64,000 nt of DNA from Eledone cirrhosa (lineage: Eukaryota), in the NCBI GenBank assembly GCA_964016885.1, contig OZ024763.1, forward strand, positions 9,796,001 to 9,860,000, written 5' to 3'. The notes under the pieces were generated by a model. It was not told the DNA's origin and ran no database searches. It saw only the letters and a list, made by a program, of their open reading frames with translations. The position numbers and the translations under genes were made by a program. Positions within the stretch are counted from its first letter, which is position 1; the number at the start of each line of letters is the position of its first letter. Shown in pieces: positions 40,951 through 53,232 of the stretch.

Positions 40951-41160
40951 AGCGAACCTCAACCGTTAAGGTTGTCTTTATGCGGGTATGTCAATATTTA
41001 TAAAACAAATTTGCATTTTATCTGATGAAAGCGCACCAAAATTTGCCTTGGTTGCCCTTGAAATATATTGTATATTTACTCCAATACTGTTGAGTGCTTT
41101 ATATCAGTTATAAAAATGTTTAAGCTTGTTGAATCCCAACAAATTAAATATAACCTCTGC
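40949..41160 (+). mobile_element. Single-arm relative of the hammerhead pLTR family (degenerate)
   Basis: attttat-CTGATGA-stem II-GAAA at 41015-41063; shares ctgttgagtgct...agttataaa tail with 36108 and 40843; 3' arm of stem I lost. Confidence 0.55.
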
Positions 41161-41254
41161 ATATATATATGTATATGTAAAAGATAAACAGAAATAACGG
41201 TACAGTAGATGGAAGAAATATATTAGTATAACACTTGAAATAGCAGGAAGAGTG

Positions 41255-41290
41255 TCTTAACGTTTCAGACGCTAGTCCTTCATCAGAAGA
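41255..41290 (-). ncRNA. Minimal hammerhead ribozyme motif (Penelope-type)
   Basis: Minus strand: UCUU-CUGAUGA-A-GGAC UAGC GUCU-GAAA-CG-UU-AAGA; palindromic stem III. Confidence 0.65.
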
Positions 41291-41329
41291 AAGAATGTGA
41301 AATTAGAAAGATTGAAGGGACAGGCGGGG

Positions 41330-41735
41330 TGGATGTGTGTGTGTACGTGAATATGTATGTTTATGTTGCTGTGCATATATTTGTGTGTGTATGTGAATGT
41401 GTGTGTATACCTGTGTGTGTGTATACCTGTGTGTGTGTATGTGAATGTGTGTGTATACCTGTGTGTGTGTATGTGTGTATACCTGTGTGTGTATACCTGT
41501 GTATGTGTATGTATGTATGTGTGTATACCTGTGTATGTGTATGTGTGTATACCTGTGTGTGTGTATGTGTGTATACCTGTATATGTGTATGTGTGTACAC
41601 CTGTGTACATGTATGTGTGTATACCTGTGTATGTGTGTGCATGTGTACATGTATGTGTGTATACCTGTGTATGTGTATGTGTGCATGCCTGTGTACATGT
41701 ATGTGTGTATACCTGTGTATGTGTGTGTGTGCATA
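41330..41735 (+). repeat. (TG)n-based repeat with TATACC interruptions
   Basis: Direct reading. Confidence 0.9.
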
Positions 41736-41820
41736 TAATTTAATTTAAAAAAAAATAAAATAAGCAACAAAAATCTGCTGAACAATAAATATTTTTCTGG
41801 TATAATTTTTGCCATTTCAG

Positions 41821-41989
41821 TTTTCTGGGCAGTGATGACCACCGCAACTTCTTTACCAGCACTCAGCGCAGCAGCGTTGTCTGGGAGATACTCAGCACCA
41901 CAGTTTATGGTCGACGGAAAAAGGCTGAGATCGGTATCGAGAGGATGATCGACGAGAAAATTATCTCAGATGCATTCCCTTTGCATGAT
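41821..41989 (+). CDS. ANO7: Anoctamin exon: (N)FLGSDDHRNFFTSTQR...IGIERMIDEKIISDAFPLHD
   Basis: tttcag / gtaagt; FLGSD..FFTS..R and AFPLHD motifs. Confidence 0.95.
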
Positions 41990-42271
41990 GTAAGTAATGA
42001 AACCATGTTTGGTTCTGGTTTGATCTGGTTGGATCTGGTTTGGTCGGGTCTGGTTGGGTTGGGGTTGGGGTTGGTCTGGTTTGGTTTGGTTGGGTTGGGT
42101 TTTGGAAGTTCTTTAACCTATTTGTTACCAAAGTGGCTCATGAAAAAACTCTCCCATTGATTTTCAAATAATATTCAACTTTATCATTATGAAGCAAGTG
42201 TTTGGAGCATAACTTAACAAAGGTTCTTAAATAAAATTATGAGAAAAGGTTTTTGCATAAACATAGACATT

Positions 42272-43127
42272 TTAATCCTTTCATTACCATATCTCTAATG
42301 AAAGACACTGTCTATGTCATTAACCCTTTCATTACCAAATGTCTAATGAAAGACACTATCCTATGTCATTAACCCTTTCATTACCATATTTCTAATGAAA
42401 GACACTGTCTATGTCATTAACCCTTTCATTACCATATTTCTAATGAAAGACACTGTCTATGTCATTAACCCTTTCATTACCATATTTCTAATGACAGACA
42501 CTGTCTATGTCATTAACCCTTTCATTACCATATTTCTAATGAAAGATACTGTCTTTGTCATTAGCCCTTTCATTACCATATTTCTAATGACAGACACTGT
42601 CTATGTCATTAACCCTTTCATTACCATATTTCTAATGACAGACACTGTCTATGTCATTAACCCTTTCATTACCATATTTCTAATGACAGACACTGTCTAT
42701 GTCTTTAACCCTTTCATTACCATATTTCTTATGAAAGACACTGTCTATGTCATTAACCCTTTCATTACCATATTTCTAATGACAGACACTGTCTATGTCT
42801 TTAACCCTTTCATTACCATATTTCTTATGAAAGACACTGTCTATGTCATTAACCCTTTCATTACCAAATTTCTAATGAAAGACACTGTCTATGTCATTAA
42901 CCCTTTCATTACCATATTTCTAATGAAAGATACTGTCTTTGTCATTAGCCCTTTCATTACCATATTTCTAATGAAAGACACTGTCTATGTCATTAACCCT
43001 TTCATTACCATATTTCTAATTAAAGACACTGTCTGTCTTTAACCCTTTCATTACCATATTTCTAATGAAAGACACTGTCTATGTCATTAACCCTTTCATT
43101 ACCATATTTCTAATGAAAGACACTGCC
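42272..43127 (+). repeat. Same 48-bp minisatellite, ~18 copies
   Basis: Same unit as 655-870. Confidence 0.95.
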
Positions 43128-43559
43128 AATGATTTCCAAATAATCTTCAAAATATTTCAGAATTTGGAAGGAGTTAATAACATAACTAATTATCTTATTA
43201 TTAAGCTGGGGTTTGGAACATAACTTAACAAAGTCTCTTACATTAAATTATGATAGAAGGTTTTGAGATAAATTTAGATAAAGAGTTTTAATGTAATTTA
43301 CAAGTGTCACTAACATTCATAGTGTGATTCTTGTATATTTATTATAGATAAACATATCATATATGCTTTTATATACACCATTGTTAGTAATGTTAGTAAT
43401 GTATACATTGGTTAGTTATATTACTGAATCCTGTTAAATTCTTCATTATTTTCAAATATCAATTGGAACACATAGAAAGTATTTTTCATTAGAAATATGT
43501 TAACAAAAGGGATTTAAGTGATTTTACACGAACACATACCCAGTCACACCATATATTAC

Positions 43560-43945
43560 TAGTAATACATACCCTTTTCAAAGACCTCCCTGTATAGATA
43601 AGAAATGCATAATCTGTAAACTAAGCCCCAATATTAACTGTAAAAACGTAGTATATAGCATAAGATGTACTGAAGGACAATGTAAAGATAAGAATATAGT
43701 GTACATAGGTGAGACAGCTCGTAGTATAGGAGAACGGTTAAATGAACACTGGCGCAATGGCTGCTCCCTCATTCTGGGTGTAGATCTTTCCATTAAATTT
43801 AAACATATGGCCCTTTAGGGTAGTTTTAATACTAGCTCCTATTGCATGTGTGACCATTTTTCTCACCTGATCATTGTTTTTTGGTGTCCATATGGCTTTG
43901 GTCCATCCATTCCATATTCCTATGGAATTCTTTTTAGCCATTGAG
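43560..43945. mobile_element. Penelope-like element fragments: GIY-YIG endonuclease (+) joined to inverted RT piece (-)
   Basis: + strand NVVYSIRC...YIGETARSIGERLNEH; - strand MFKFNGKIYTQNEGAAI. Confidence 0.75.
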
Positions 43946-43947
43946 GT

Positions 43948-44830
43948 TATGGAAACAAGCACCACCAAACTCTGGGAGGGCTCTGTAGCAACAGTAGATA
44001 GCTTCTGCTACCTAGGTGACCGAATTAGCAGCAGAGGTGGGTGTTCGGAAAGTACAATAACTAGAGTAAGAACAGAATGGAAGAATTTCAGGGAGCTACT
44101 ACCACCGTTAGCTGCAAAAGGCTTTTCCCTCAAAATGAAAGGCAGACTGTATGATGTGTGTATACGAACAGCAATGTTGCATGGTAGTGAGACCTAGGCG
44201 CTGAAGGTGGAAGACTTATGAAGATTAGAGAGAAATGAAACTTGCATGCTCCGATGGATATGTAATAGTAATATATGCATAGACTGAGCATAAGAGGAAT
44301 CAAATGCTGTGTGCAGGAGAGGAGGTTGCGTTGGTATGGACATGTGATGCGTATGATGGATGACAGCTGCATAAAAAGGTGCAGAGTGCTAAAAGTTGAT
44401 GGAAGCCTTGGAGTGTGGAGACCCAAGAAGATCTGGGATGAGATGATAAAAGCTGACCTTACCCAATTGCACCTCTCAAGAGCAATAACACATGACGGTG
44501 ATGTCTGGCGTCACACAGTAATACAGAAGACCCAACTTCGAACGAGTACAAGCCGAAGCTGAAGCATATAGACAATATGTCCCCATCCCCTCCCACTGCA
44601 AAGTGGTTGTGAAGGCGCCATGGTAAAAAAACACCCTGTACTCATTGTAAATCAGGTTGGTGTTAAGAAGCGCATCCAGCTATAGAAATCAAGCCAGAAT
44701 CAGTTCCCATATGAGCAAGGCATGGTCAGCTGACTGGACACTGCCCACAACAGGACGACCCGTCTAACCCATGCTAACGTGGTAGAATGGATGTAAAACG
44801 GTGATGATGATGATGATGATGGTGATGATG
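43948..44830 (+). mobile_element. RTE LINE 3' fragment
   Basis: SFCYLGD, MLHGSET, RLRWYGHV, (GAT)n tail followed by (TA)n. Confidence 0.88.
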
Positions 44831-44920
44831 ATATATATATATATTATGGAATACTGTTGGCTTTTTGTTACAATATTTTCTATACCTTTCATTTATATAT
44901 ATATATATATATATACATAT

Positions 44921-45400
44921 AATTGAAAAAGTGAAGAATAACATGGTCAACAGTACAAAAAAAGGGATTTATTTATAGTCTAACAATTGTTTCACTCTCT
45001 ATCTTTATTATTAATATTATTAATGATGCTGTAATTTGAATTTGTAAATTTACTGGATATTTTTGTAGTTGTCTATGATGATCTGGTTAAGCTAACATCG
45101 TATTTGAAATTGAGTGGCAGAGCTCCAAGTGTTCAGCAATTTTTAGACAACTTAATCAGTGAAACAATTGTTAGACTATAAATAAAACCCTTTTTTGTAC
45201 TGTTGAGCATGTTATTCTTCACTTTTTCAATCTTATTATTCCGAGATAAACTTACATAGGAATACAAGTGAAATCATAACCTCGCCACCTATGCAAAGCT
45301 CTTGTTGACTCAAACAACGCCGTACGCTAAAACTATCCATAATAAGAAGTATTCACAACCTCTAACTGGATTACCTATAACAATATTTTGTTATCCCTTA
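44921..45400. mobile_element. Inverted-repeat element with degenerate hammerhead
   Basis: ~75-bp arms 44921-44996 / 45158-45231. GUCU-AUGAUGA-(CUGGUUAAG...CUUAAUCAG)-GAAA-CAAUUG-UU-AGAC, with the first core C replaced by A. Confidence 0.5.
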
Positions 45401-45416
45401 TATATATATATACATA

Positions 45417-46720
45417 CATGGTGGCTGCCAACTCGTTTTCGAGTACGGCCACTACTTTACATCCATGTAGGATAACCCCTACCGAAGCGCTGAACGAGTG
45501 TGACTTTTTAGTCCAGCCAGCGACTTGAAACCTCTGGTACAAACACTACACCTGTGACAATCATTGACACATAGTGCTAGGCCCATGGTAGGACAATCAT
45601 TGACACATAGTGCTGGGCCCATGTGAGGACAAGTGCAGAGAGATCTCCAGATATAAAGCAATGCCTGTGCCGTGAAGCTTTTATAGTGAGCAAAGGCACT
45701 GCACAAAGCCAGTCCCACTCTCTTAACCAAGATGATATTTACCAAAAAGAAGAACAAGTCAACATCATTGGATTACCATCAGGGTTGCAGGTGTTATATC
45801 AGAGTTTTCCTTCTCTTAGAATTCTGCCTTGACAAAGGCTAAGGGGTCATCTCTCCCGGTGATTTTGGATGGCCATTGACTCTTAAGAGCTCCTTTGCCC
45901 TTTGACGGGTTTTGTTTTTAGTCCTGCAGGATGTCCAAAGTCACCCTCCTCACCAAGAAACCTTGGTGGGGTTGCCAGTTTAGTCGCCAACGACCCGACC
46001 ATGAGACAGGTTGTACTGGGATACATGTTACCAGTACATATATACATACATAAACACATACATATATACATATATATATGATGATGGCTTCCCTCTCGTT
46101 ATCGAGTATGGCCATTGCATGATATACCATTATTAATAATTATTAATTAATTCTATTGTGCAATGCCTGTGCATGAAGATATTTTATAAAGTGAGGAAAG
46201 ACTGTGCACTGAGCCAATCCCACTCTCTGAGCGACAGTAGCTATAACCCGAAAAGAAGAAAAGATCAACATCATCGGTAACTACTAAACCGCAGGTTTTA
46301 TATCGGAGTTATCCCAGATTCCTGAGTTGCCTACTCCTAGAAGAATGCCCTGACAAAGACCAGGGGTCCTTCACTCCCAGTGGTTTAACCGCGCAGTACA
46401 TGTGTATATACATATTTACACAATTTCGGATGGCCGTTGACTCTTATGAGTTCTTCCGTCCTTTGTCAGGTTTTGTTTTTTGTCCTGCAGGGTGTCCAAA
46501 ATCACCCTCTTCACCAACTAAACTTGGTGGGGTTGCCAATTTAGTCAGCGACGACCCGACCATGCGACAGGTTGTACTGGGTTACATGTTACCAGTAGCA
46601 CTCAAGAGTGACCCGACATAATATATATATATATATATATATATACATACATGTATACATACATATATATATGTATATGATGGCTGCCCCCTCGTTATTG
46701 AGTATGGCTATTGCACGAAA
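45417..46720 (-). mobile_element. Tandem short non-autonomous derivatives of the zinc-finger RTE
   Basis: 3' terminus motif of 7383-7425 recurs at 45417, 46078 and 46678; a shared 5' block lies at ~45865-46035 and ~46425-46597. Confidence 0.6.
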
Positions 46721-47829
46721 AAAAAAAGAAAAAAAAACATAACGACAATAATAATAACAACAATAATAATAATAATAATAGGAAGATACATACATAGCGT
46801 GTTATAGAATCGCTCCTGTAAGTTTTTTGATCTTTTACATATTTAAAACAATTGTGATAGAATAATTCTTATTACAAATGGAACATAAGATATCAGTCTT
46901 AACTCTCAGGAAGTGGCAACAGATCACATTATGGCATAGGGCTCCAATATTTAATTTTGCACCAGAAATTTTATAGTCAGAAAAGAAAATGGCTAGAAAA
47001 CAACAGCCAAATAACCCCACCACCACCGCTGCCACCATCACCATCACCATCACCACTACCACAAAAAATTTAGCCAAATACAAACTAGCACCATCCCTAT
47101 AGTACTGCTGTCCCATCACCACCGGCACCACTGTATCATCGCTACCACCACTACTTATGAGAGGGATGAAAAGAAGCGAGGACGGTATCAAAAGATATAA
47201 ATAGACTGGGTTAGTGACTCGGTCAAACAGCTAACAACAACAACACCAAAATAATTATGTTGTTGTACCTCTAAACTCTCTCAAAATGTTTAGTTTAAAC
47301 GATGTCAAATCTAAACTATAATATAATAATAATAATTGTTTCCGCTTTTGGTACGGGGCCAGCAATTGTCCTGGTGTGTTGCAGGTGCTTTGTTTTGTCG
47401 GCCCCGTAGGGATGAAAGGAAAAAAAAAAAATAATGATAAGCAACAAGTCGAAAAATTATAGAACAGAACACAGACAGAAGCAAATGCAACAACAAACAC
47501 AAATTTCAAAAGTTTTGAACACAACCCCTACCTCCCCTAGCAGCAGCAGCAACAACAACAACACTAGTAACCGATGTTACTGGCCTTGTAAAATGAAAAA
47601 CGCAAAGGAAAAAAACAAACAAACAAAGAAAAACTAAGTCAGACATTCAAACATTACAATGAAACTTATGTTTATTTTTTAAAGTTTTTATCTATTTATT
47701 TGTCTATTTATTTATGTTCGTCTACAGCATGATGGTGCCACGCTAAAATCACTGCGGGTGATGAAATCACTGGGTGTGATGAAATCACCAGTGGTTATGT
47801 AACCCTATATTCACCAATCCTCAATATGA

Positions 47830-48700
47830 GTGTTTAAATGTCGAACCTAAACAGTTCGAATAACGGTGAAGAGGAGACTGGAATGTTATGTGACAGACTC
47901 TCACCCAGCAGGTGCTCCCTGGCCCAGCAGGTGCTCCCTGGCCCAGCAGCAGGGACCTGGCTGTCATCCAAATACTGCTGGTGTTGGAGGAAGAAGAAGA
48001 AGGAAAGGGACAAGAACCAACTGGACGAAAGAATTGAATAGAACTGTTATGCAATGTTACCTGAAGTGTAACCCCAAGGAAAAAGGCTATAGGAAGTGGA
48101 TGCATAACATCTGGAACGAGATTGGTCTATTTAAATTAGATGAACAAAAATTGGCCGGGCAGGCTCGGGTAATAAGAACTACTGGATGGATAAGCAAGTT
48201 GGAACTGGAGGAACTGAGCAGAGAGATTAGGTTGGAAATGAAGAGTGGAGTGTGCCAGGCAAATGAGCCAGTGGGAAATGCAGGTGAAGAGGTTGAGAGA
48301 CCGGAGGAAGCATCCGAAGCAGACAATGATCTGAATGGTGACATAGATAACATCTGGAACAAAGATGTGGCCATTGAGGAGATGAATGCTGACAGGCTAG
48401 GACAAGATTTGGTTGATATCCTAAACTTAGTGGTAGATGAAATGAACAATGATAGTGGGAAACCTACGAACCTAAGATTTGTAGACAGGAAAAAGTTAAA
48501 AGAAACAACAGCTAAGGTAAACAAAGTCATCCCATATCTTGAGGCGAGGAACCTTCACCAATGCAACAATATCCTCAAAGCAACAGCAAATGCGGTGAGG
48601 AAATTACTTGGCATAAAAACGAGAGGAAACAACAAACAAGAAAGATCAGAACCTTGGTGGAAGAATGTGTGACGAAAGATCTTTGACAATATATGAACAA
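47830..48700 (+). mobile_element. R4/Dong-clade non-LTR retrotransposon N-terminal fragment
   Basis: WTKELN..VMQCY...GYRK.M..IW...EQKLAGQAR.IR..GWISKLELEE pattern, recognised from memory. Confidence 0.65.
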
Positions 48701-48984
48701 TCGTCTGGTTGTGGAACCAACCAACCGGAAATTTATAAATTCCTAAATTTATAAATTTAATTTATAATAAATTAAAGTGAAAGCAACTGGTGCGTATGTT
48801 TCTTATTGGCAACATGACCCTCCCAAAGCATAACAATATATATATGTATGTATATATATATGTATCTATGTATATATGTATATATATATATGTATATATG
48901 TATGTATATATAAATGTATGTATATATATATATATGTAATCTATGTACATATATATACATACATACATACATATATATATATAT

Positions 48985-49495
48985 ATCATCATCATCATCA
49001 TCACCGTTTTACGTTCGTTCTTCCATGCTAGCATGGGTTAGACGGGTTGTCCTGTTGTGGGCAGTGTCTGGTCGGCTGACCATGCCTTGCTCATACAGGA
49101 ATTGATTTTAGCTTAATTTCTACAGCTGGATGCCCTTCCTAACACCAACCTCATTTACAGTGAGTGCTGGGTTGTTTTTTTCCGTGGCGCCTATACGTCC
49201 ACTTTACAGTGTGGGCTGGGTGCTTTTTTTGCCATGGCACCTCCACGAACACTTTGCAGTGGGTGGGTGCGGGGGCATATTGTCTATATGCTTCAGCTTG
49301 TACCCATTGGAGGTAGGGTACGCTGTATTACTGTGTGACGCCAGAGGTCACGGTCATGAGAGGTGTAATTGGGTAAGGTCGGCTTTTATCACCTCATCCC
49401 AGGTCTTCTTGGGTTTCCCCACTCCGCAGTTTCCATTGACTTCTAGTGCTCTGCACCTTTTTATGCAGCTGTCATCCTTCATACGCATCACATGT

Positions 49496-49499
<4 letters not shown>
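48985..49499 (-). mobile_element. RTE LINE 3' fragment
   Basis: Same 3' UTR; (TA)n on both sides. Confidence 0.88.
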
Positions 49500-49548
<49 letters not shown>

Positions 49549-49749
49549 TATATATATATATGTGTATGTATGCATATATATATATGTGTGTGTGTGTGTG
49601 TAGTGGTGCCAGGTAATTACATCCTTATGCAGTCAAACCTGACTCTGGAATCGAAAGATTCTCAAATATGCCTCAGTAGGTACAATGAAACATATGTAAT
49701 ATGTTATTAAATTTGTTATGATGTATCACTGATTCTTTGTTCCTTTACT

Positions 49750-49808
<59 letters not shown>

Positions 49809-49910
49809 AGGTGGGTATATATATATTGTGATGATTATAGCAAATCAATATAATCTACCTGGACAGGCTATAGTGAATAATGTAATATGATGTAATGTGT
49901 TTTACTATTG

Positions 49911-49962
<52 letters not shown>

Positions 49963-49970
<8 letters not shown>

Positions 49971-50380
49971 AGATCAAAAGATGGTTAAAGGAGTTCCTTG
50001 TATTTTATTATGCGCATTTCAAAAACAAACATCATCATGCAATAATATTTGTGTTTTCATCAGATAAAACAGGAGAACATGATATGAAGGCTAAAAAACA
50101 CTTGTGGATAGTGCAGTTTTAATCCACATATGTTGATTTAAAACTGCACTATCCACAAGTGTTTTTTAGCCTTCATATCATGTTCTCCTGTTTTATCTGA
50201 TGAAAACACAAATATTATTGCATGATGATGTTTGTTTTTGAAATGCGCATAATAAAATACAAGGAACTCCTTTAACCATCTTTTGATCTTATATTATGTA
50301 TACTCCAGTCCTACAAACTGTAGAGTGCTTCTTATCCAATATCTGCATTGCTTTATTGTACTACAATAAAACTCACCTCC

Positions 50381-50385
<5 letters not shown>
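49963..50385. ncRNA. ~335-bp palindrome with hammerhead motif (+ strand 50191-50257) plus tail
   Basis: Arms 49963-50297. UUUUAU-CUGAUGA-long stem II-GAAA-UGCGCA-UA-AUAAAA. (TA)n on both sides. Confidence 0.75.
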
Positions 50386-50421
<36 letters not shown>

Positions 50422-50572
50422 TGTATATATATTTATTAAAATAACAGATTAAAGTTTAAGCAAAGAATCGCTGCTTTCACCCTTAACGGGATCTTCTGAA
50501 ACTAACAAAGTCAATCTGTTATCGGGCCCTCTTTGGATTTTAGTCTTCAATTTTATTACTATTACTGTATAT

Positions 50573-50751
50573 TGGCAGTATCGGTAGAGGGTCGGACGCC
50601 ATGCTTTCCAGCATAGTTACGTCCCTTTACGATCTGAGTTCAAATCCCGCCGAGGTTGACTTTGCCTTTCATCCTTACGGGGTCGATAAAATAAAGTACC
50701 AGTAATGCACTGGATAATTGCTGGCCTTGTGCCTAAAGTAGAAACAATTAT
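50573..50751 (+). mobile_element. SINE A with 13-bp TSD
   Basis: TSD tattactgtatat on both sides. Confidence 0.88.
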
Positions 50752-50754
50752 TAT

Positions 50755-51380
<626 letters not shown>

Positions 51381-51381
51381 A

Positions 51382-51705
51382 ATGGAGGCACATGGTTTAG
51401 TGGTTAGAGCATTGGGCTTGCAATCAAAAGGTTGTGAGTTCAATTCTCAGACTGGGTGATGTGTTGTTTCCTTGAGCAAGACACTTTATTTCACCTTGCT
51501 CCAGTTTACTCAGCTGTAGAAATGAGATGATAGGGACTGGGGTCCATATCATTCCACTGTAAAGTGGTCGTGGAGGTGCCACGGCAAAAAGCACCCAGCG
51601 TTGGTGTTAGGAAGGGCATCCAGCTGTAGAAATCAAGCCAGAATCTGTTCCCGTCCCACCCTTGCAAGCAGGGAAAAGCGGACGTAAAATGAAATGATGA
51701 TGAAA
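51382..51705 (+). mobile_element. CORE-type tRNA SINE family B with RTE-derived tail
   Basis: Box A TGGTTTAGTGG, box B GAGTTCAATTC, CORE-like ccttgagcaagacacttt...ctcagctgtagaaatg, tail matching the RTE 3' UTR. Confidence 0.85.
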
Positions 51706-52038
51706 ATGATATTATATATATATACTGTATATGTAAAGAGAGAGGAGGGAACAGGTAATCCCTTCTTGGTTGGTGATTGTAGTCGATGTCATTGTCATTA
51801 TTGTCACCACCACCACCACCACCACCACCATCACCAACACCCCCCCACTACCACCACCACTACCACTACCATCACCGTCACCTCACCACCACCACCCTCA
51901 CCACCAACACCCCCACTACCATCACCACCGCCACCCTCACCACCACCACCTTCACCAACACCCTCACCACCGCTATTAGGTGTAATTGTTGTTTGTTAAT
52001 TTTTAAAATGTTGGTAACCTATTCTTCTTTCCCCCCAG

Positions 52039-52204
52039 GGCCCTTATCATTTGCCCCCACAACCTTATAATCCAGAAGATCTCAACATGCGACAGATCCT
52101 GAACCAATACTGGGCCCGCTGGGGTTGTTGGTATAAGTACCAGCCCCTTGATCATATACGGTCCTATTTTGGTGAGAAAGTAGCAATTTATTTTGCATGG
52201 TTAG
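52039..52204 (+). CDS. ANO7: Anoctamin exon: GPYHLPP...[25 protein letters not shown](G)
   Basis: ccccag / gtaagt; QPLD.IR.YFGEK...YFAWLG anoctamin signature. Confidence 0.96.
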
Positions 52205-52220
52205 GTAAGTATTCTGTTGC

Positions 52221-52783
52221 TTCTTACTGGTTTCAGTCATTAGACTGTGGTCATGCTGGGGCACCACAGTCTTTTACTGGTTTCAGTCATAAGACTGTGG
52301 CCATGCTGGGGCACCACATTCTTTTACTGGTTTCAGTCATAAGACTGTGGCCATGCTGGGGCACCACATTCTTTTACTCGTTTCAGTCATTGACTGTGGC
52401 CATGCCGGGGCACCACAGTCTTTTACTGGTTTCAGTCATTGGACTGTGGCCATGCTGGGGCACCACATTCTTTTACTGGTTTCAGTCATTGGACTGTGGC
52501 CATGCTGGGGCACCACATTCTTTTACTGGTTTCAGTCATTGGACTGTGGCCATGCTGGGGCACCACATTCTTTTACTGGTTTCAGTCATTGGACTGTGGC
52601 CATGCTGGGGCACCACATTCCCTTACTGGTTTCAGTCATTAGACTGTGGCCATGCTGGGGCACCACATTCTTTTACTGGTTTCAGTCATTAGACTCTGGT
52701 CATGCTGGGGCACCACATTCCCTTACTGGTTTCAGTCATTAGACTGTGGCCATGCTGGGGCACCACATTCTTTTACTGGTTTA
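52221..52783 (+). repeat. 50-bp minisatellite, ~11 copies
   Basis: Unit ttcttttactggtttcagtcattggactgtggccatgctggggcaccaca. Confidence 0.95.
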
Positions 52784-52936
52784 GACTGAAGGAATTTACT
52801 CAGGGCTTATTTTTGAAGTCTGGTACTTATTTTATCGATGTCATGTTGAACTATTAAGTTATGGTATTTTAATAAACATCAAACAAACACATATTAACAT
52901 AAGCACACACTGACACACACATGCCCATGCATATAA

Positions 52937-53010
<74 letters not shown>

Positions 53011-53014
<4 letters not shown>

Positions 53015-53232
53015 ATACCAAAAGATTGGTGCAGTAGCATCATTGTCAACTGCTACAAAGGTAAAGCTGATGCACTAGATAGAGGAAACTATAGAGGTAT
53101 AAAGCTGATGGACCAGGTCATGAAAGAAACAGAAAGAGTTATAGCACAGTTGATTAGGGACCGGGTGAAACTAGACAAGATGCAATTTGGGTTTGTACCA
53201 GGAAGAGGCACCACTGATGCCCTCTTCCTTGT
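53011..53232 (+). mobile_element. Short RTE RT fragment
   Basis: Matches the reverse complement of ~39225-39445; starts after (TA)n. Confidence 0.8.

Noticed and set aside
42272-43127. CRISPR-like array or 215-aa repeat protein
   Set aside because: Contiguous 48-bp units with no unique spacers, eukaryotic intron, no cas genes. The ORF exists only because 48 is divisible by 3.
51382-51460. tRNA gene
   Set aside because: A and B boxes belong to a SINE head followed by CORE and LINE tail; no full cloverleaf seen.
52205-52742. Extension of the anoctamin ORF through the 50-bp repeats
   Set aside because: Homology stops at the G|gtaagt donor (52204) and resumes in phase at 55180.
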